10,079 bases of DNA from a bacterium (lineage in GTDB: Bacteria; Eisenbacteria; RBG-16-71-46). This document shows positions 6,824-10,079 of the stretch, one piece after another; the stretch's first letter is position 1; every line of letters starts with the position of its first letter. The translations under genes and the position numbers were made by a program. Where the stretch lies: contig JAYWEM010000080.1 of the NCBI GenBank assembly GCA_043779265.1, forward strand, positions 1-10,079, written 5' to 3'. Below the pieces are notes generated by a model. That model had not been told where the DNA came from. It searched no databases and was given only the letters and a program-made list of their open reading frames with translations.

Positions 6824-9800
6824 ATGCGTAACCGACTGTTCGTGATGTCGAGAGATGCTGGCCCTCGGACCCGGTGCACGACCCCCCTGATCGCGGTCCT
6901 CCTGCTCGCGCTCAGCACCCCACCCGTCGTGCAGGCGCATCTGGCGTTGGTGCGCCAGGGACCCGAGAGCGCGGGCAGTCCCGGCCCCGGTGAGGAGTTC
7001 GGTCGGGCCCTGGCGGTCGGGGATTTCAACGGCGATGGGGTCGACGACCTGGCGACCGGCGCCCCTTTCGAGGCGAATGACGTCTTGCGCGATGCGGCAC
7101 ACGGTGCGGTGGTCATCTCGTTCGGGAGTGCGGTCGGACTCGTGCCCGAGGGCGCCCAGTGGCTCACCGTCGGCGACGTGGCCGATCTGAGCACTCGATA
7201 CGGCGAGGCACTCGCAGCCGGAGACTTCAACGGGGACGGTTTCTGCGATCTCGCGGTTGGTCTTCCCTATCGCGACGTCAACGGTCAGGTGAGCGCCGGC
7301 GAGGTCTGGGTGCACTACGGCTCTGCGACCGGCCTGAATCAGGTGCCGGGTATCGTGCTGGTCCAATCGAACGCCGGCGGTGCATCCGAGAGCCAGGACC
7401 TGTTCGGCCATGCGCTCGTCACGGGCGACTTCAACCTGGACGGCTTCGTCGACCTCGCTGTCGGCGCGCCGGGCGAGGACGCTGGCGCGGGAGCCGTGTT
7501 CCACTTCCGCGGATCAGCGGCGGGGATCACCGCCGCCGGTGCCGGCTGGTTCAAGCAGGCGAGCCTCGGGTCGGTCAACAGTCCGGGCGACGACATGGGC
7601 CGGGCGCTGGCCTCAGGACGATTCGACAACGACGCTTATCCCGACCTCGCCGTGGGCACGCCGCTCAAGGATGTCTCGGGGCTGGCCGACTGCGGTCGTG
7701 TCTACATCATCCGTGGCTCGCCGATCGGGCTCGTCAGCGCGGGTAGTGTCGCGATCGACCCAGTGAGCCTCGCCAACGACCCGCAGGCGGACGGTCGTTT
7801 CGGCTCGAGTCTGGCATCCGGGTACTTCTTCGATTCGAACGGACCGCTCGATCTGGCGGTCGGCGAACCCGAGGCCGATCTCGGGGGGCAGGGCGACGCG
7901 GGCCGAGTCGTCGTCCTCGACTTCGATCCCGTCCCGGCGCCATTGCTGGTGCCGCAGCAGGTCCGGACGATCACTCAGTTGATCGGCATTCCGGGGCAAG
8001 GGGCCGAGGCTGGGGATCGGTTCGGCTCGGCGCTGGCATCCGGGCGCTTCGATCTCGATGCCTTCGATGAGCTTGCGATCTCCGCTCCGTACGAGAACCT
8101 CACGCTCGGGGCCGAGGGAGCGTTCCTCGACGCGGGCATCGTGGTGCTCTACTACGGCAGCTCCACGGGCCTCGTCTCGGGCGCCTTCCAGACGTTCAGC
8201 TCGCAGACGCAGAACGACCAGACCGCGGCGGGCGAGTTCTTCGGATGGTCGCTGGCGTTCGGGCGCTTCGATGCTTCGGCCAGACGGAATCTGGCCATCG
8301 GCGTCATTCGCAAGGACTACCTGTCCTACGTGATCGGCGTGCCGACGACTGCCGATGCCGGGCTCGTCTACATCGTCGCGCCGTGGCGGCAGATCGAGAA
8401 CCTGCCGCATCGTGGCTCCGTGGTGCTCGACTGCGACGCGAACATCATCCACTCGCAGCGGATGTTCGACCGCATGCGACCAGCCAGCACGACCAAGACG
8501 ATGACGCTGTTGCTCGCCTGCGAGGCGATCCAGAACAATACGGCCGATCCGGATTACCTCTACACCGTGCCCGCTTGGGTCGCCGACAATGTCGTCGGCT
8601 CGCAGATGGGACTTGTGACCAACGAACGGATCACGCTCGAGAACTTGATGAAGGGTCTGATGCCGCCATCGGGCAATGACGCCTCGTATGCGATCGCGGA
8701 CATCCTCGAGGGCGACAATCACCCATGGGGAGGCAGCCACGAAACCACGGTGCCTACATTCCAGAATCGGATGAACGCCCGTGCCGCCGACTTCGGATTG
8801 ACACGGACCACCCTGACCAACCCATCGGGCCTGGACACGCAGAATCACTTCACGACGACGCGCGACTTCGCTGCACTCTCCTACTACGCGATGCAGAACA
8901 CGTGCGTGCGTCAGATCGTGGGCGCGCCCGGCTGGCTCGTCGATCACCTGCTGCCCGTGAACACCATGGAGGGCTGGCTCAGTCTCGGCGGTCCGAACCC
9001 GACGCCTGGCTACACGCCCGTCACCGAGTACTTCAACGCCGGCTACATGAGCAACATCCGGGGGTTCGTCCCCTCGGCCACTGGCATCAAGGGTGGTTTC
9101 ACGGGCGAAGGGAGGGTCACCGGTCTGTGGTCGGCCGAAGCTGCCCAAGGTGAAGTGTTCGCGGTGGCGTTCGGCATGCGGGACGCGGTCAACGGCGATC
9201 CGGTCACGGACTGTCTCGGCTGCACGGGTGGCAGCCTCTTGAAACTGGGTGAAGCGGTCTGCGAGGAGATCGACTTCCTCCCGCCTCCACCACCACCTCC
9301 GCCCGGACCCTTCGGAACCTTGACGGGCATTCCGACCTGTCGCGACTCGCTCCGGCGCCTCACCACGCACGGAGGCGAGACCAATCCGGGCAATGCACTC
9401 ATCGAGCTCTATCGCACGACACTCGTGACGCCGAGCGTCGGGGTTCGCGTCGCCATCGTGCGCAACAGCCAGATCACTCTCTCGCCACAGGAACAGGTCA
9501 GCTACGGCGCCGGAGCGATCAGCGCACATCAGGGGGCTCGAATCGTCAATCGCGGAGGTGGCATCGCGCAGGTGCTCGTCACGCAGACGCTTCCCTCGGG
9601 CACGACGCTCAGTGCGACGCTGCCGCCCTCGGGCAGCCTCATCACACCGAAGCATCCCTCCCCCGGATCCAATCACGTCATGACCATCCGCAATGTGGGG
9701 GCAGGCGACATCACACTCGAGGTGGATGAACTCGGATATCAGATCGAGCGTGGGCTGACGGCAGCGGGTCCTGGTACCCCGTCTTTCGTGGCCACGCTGC

Positions 9801-10079
9801 AGCGTGCCGGTCGTTTCAGCGATGAGGTGATGGGCGCCTATGTCGTCGGTACGGGCTCGGCGTGTGCGGACCCTCTGGACCTGGTGATTCGGCCTCCCGG
9901 CGCCACGGTGAGCGTTCCGGGAGATGGCGGGATCCCCGCCGGTCATGATCGCTCGATGCTGACGCTTCGGCCGGCGCAACCCAATCCGTCGCGCGGCATG
10001 ACACGTCTGGGCTTCGACCTGATGCGCGATGCCGTGGTGGAGGTGATCGTGTTCGATGCCCAGGGTCGGCGCACCCGCA
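6824..10079 (+). CDS. Large exported multidomain protein, partial (>1085 aa): signal peptide + 7 FG-GAP repeats + peptidase S11/PBP-type serine hydrolase domain + Pro8 linker + beta-rich domain + FlgD-Ig/T9SS-CTD-like tail
   Basis: ATG 6824 with GGAGA at 6813-6817. Manual translation shows no stop through 10079. Signal ...PLIAVLLLALSTPPVVQA|H. FG-GAP units (e.g. FGRALAVGDFNGDGVDDLATGAP). PASTTK (Ser codon 8486), SGND (8669), NPSGLD (8819), GIKGGFT (Lys codon 9089). Tail LRPAQPNPSRGMTRLGFDLMRDAVVEVIVFDAQGRRTR. Absent from the ORF track because there is no stop in the window. Confidence 0.93.
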   Translation, partial: MRNRLFVMSRDAGPRTRCTTPLIAVLLLALSTPPVVQAHLALVRQGPESAGSPGPGEEFGRALAVGDFNGDGVDDLATGAPFEANDVLRDAAHGAVVISFGSAVGLVPEGAQWLTVGDVADLSTRYGEALAAGDFNGDGFCDLAVGLPYRDVNGQVSAGEVWVHYGSATGLNQVPGIVLVQSNAGGASESQDLFGHALVTGDFNLDGFVDLAVGAPGEDAGAGAVFHFRGSAAGITAAGAGWFKQASLGSVNSPGDDMGRALASGRFDNDAYPDLAVGTPLKDVSGLADCGRVYIIRGSPIGLVSAGSVAIDPVSLANDPQADGRFGSSLASGYFFDSNGPLDLAVGEPEADLGGQGDAGRVVVLDFDPVPAPLLVPQQVRTITQLIGIPGQGAEAGDRFGSALASGRFDLDAFDELAISAPYENLTLGAEGAFLDAGIVVLYYGSSTGLVSGAFQTFSSQTQNDQTAAGEFFGWSLAFGRFDASARRNLAIGVIRKDYLSYVIGVPTTADAGLVYIVAPWRQIENLPHRGSVVLDCDANIIHSQRMFDRMRPASTTKTMTLLLACEAIQNNTADPDYLYTVPAWVADNVVGSQMGLVTNERITLENLMKGLMPPSGNDASYAIADILEGDNHPWGGSHETTVPTFQNRMNARAADFGLTRTTLTNPSGLDTQNHFTTTRDFAALSYYAMQNTCVRQIVGAPGWLVDHLLPVNTMEGWLSLGGPNPTPGYTPVTEYFNAGYMSNIRGFVPSATGIKGGFTGEGRVTGLWSAEAAQGEVFAVAFGMRDAVNGDPVTDCLGCTGGSLLKLGEAVCEEIDFLPPPPPPPPGPFGTLTGIPTCRDSLRRLTTHGGETNPGNALIELYRTTLVTPSVGVRVAIVRNSQITLSPQEQVSYGAGAISAHQGARIVNRGGGIAQVLVTQTLPSGTTLSATLPPSGSLITPKHPSPGSNHVMTIRNVGAGDITLEVDELGYQIERGLTAAGPGTPSFVATLQRAGRFSDEVMGAYVVGTGSACADPLDLVIRPPGATVSVPGDGGIPAGHDRSMLTLRPAQPNPSRGMTRLGFDLMRDAVVEVIVFDAQGRRTR
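6998..8377 (+). repeat. Seven FG-GAP (integrin alpha-type) repeats, predicted 7-bladed beta-propeller
   Basis: Blade starts: FG 6998, YG 7199, FG 7403, MG 7595, FG 7799, FG 8021, FG 8240. Each is followed by xxLxxG(D/R/Y)F..., then LA(V/I/T)G/S-x-P (degenerate GVI in blade 7) and a GxVxxxxG-type strand. DFNxDGxxD Ca2+-binding-type loops occur in blades 1-3. Confidence 0.9.
9281..9304 (+). repeat. Poly-proline (Pro8) interdomain linker
   Basis: ccg cct cca cca cca cct ccg ccc in frame, directly after the S11 domain. Confidence 0.9.

Noticed and set aside
8480..9110. Class A beta-lactamase / resistance gene call
   Set aside because: There is no SDN motif and no omega-loop ExxLN. PASxTK, SGNDA, MN..A..G and NPSGL match peptidase S11 instead. 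Beta-lactam binding remains testable but resistance is unsupported.
9281..9304. Phase-variable simple sequence repeat
   Set aside because: Mixed Pro codons with at most three consecutive CCA. A triplet unit would not shift the frame, so it is best read as a protein linker.
7613..9979. 788-aa - strand ORF (also 6488..7504 and 6238..7230)
   Set aside because: Antisense shadows of the FG-GAP/S11 gene, expected with high-GC codon usage. They are Arg/Ala-rich with no motifs, and the + frame carries all recognisable domains.
1..10079. CRISPR array, tRNA/rRNA, IS element, integrase or prophage
   Set aside because: I saw no identical DNA-level direct repeats with spacers, no RNA gene signatures and no transposase or integrase motifs. 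All repeats are diverged, in-frame protein repeats.

Overview
GC-rich bacterial window with six genes. The two largest run off the window edges and are missing from the supplied ORF track. In order: (1) a partial secreted beta-repeat protein on the - strand (<1..1328) with at least 8 'SDGxGGAIIxWxDxR...DVYAQRV...QW...G' repeats of about 55 aa; (2) an orphan TerB-family protein; (3) a convergent NnrS-family membrane protein; (4) an ECF sigma factor of the kinase-associated type (QTT in place of DAED), overlapping (ATGA) (5) a membrane Hanks-type Ser/Thr kinase with a C-terminal TPR array; and (6) a >1085-aa exported protein (6824..>10079). Gene 6 fuses a 7-repeat FG-GAP (integrin-alpha-like) propeller to a penicillin-binding-protein/peptidase S11 domain (STTK, SGN, variant KGG), followed by a Pro8 linker, an unassigned beta-rich domain and a FlgD-Ig/T9SS-CTD-like tail. 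The most interesting object is the sigma-kinase-effector cassette (genes 4-6), a possible phosphorylation-activated system controlling an exported adhesin-like, peptidoglycan- or beta-lactam-active protein. The CTD and repeat style suggest an FCB-related candidate phylum such as Ca. Eisenbacteria (inference).
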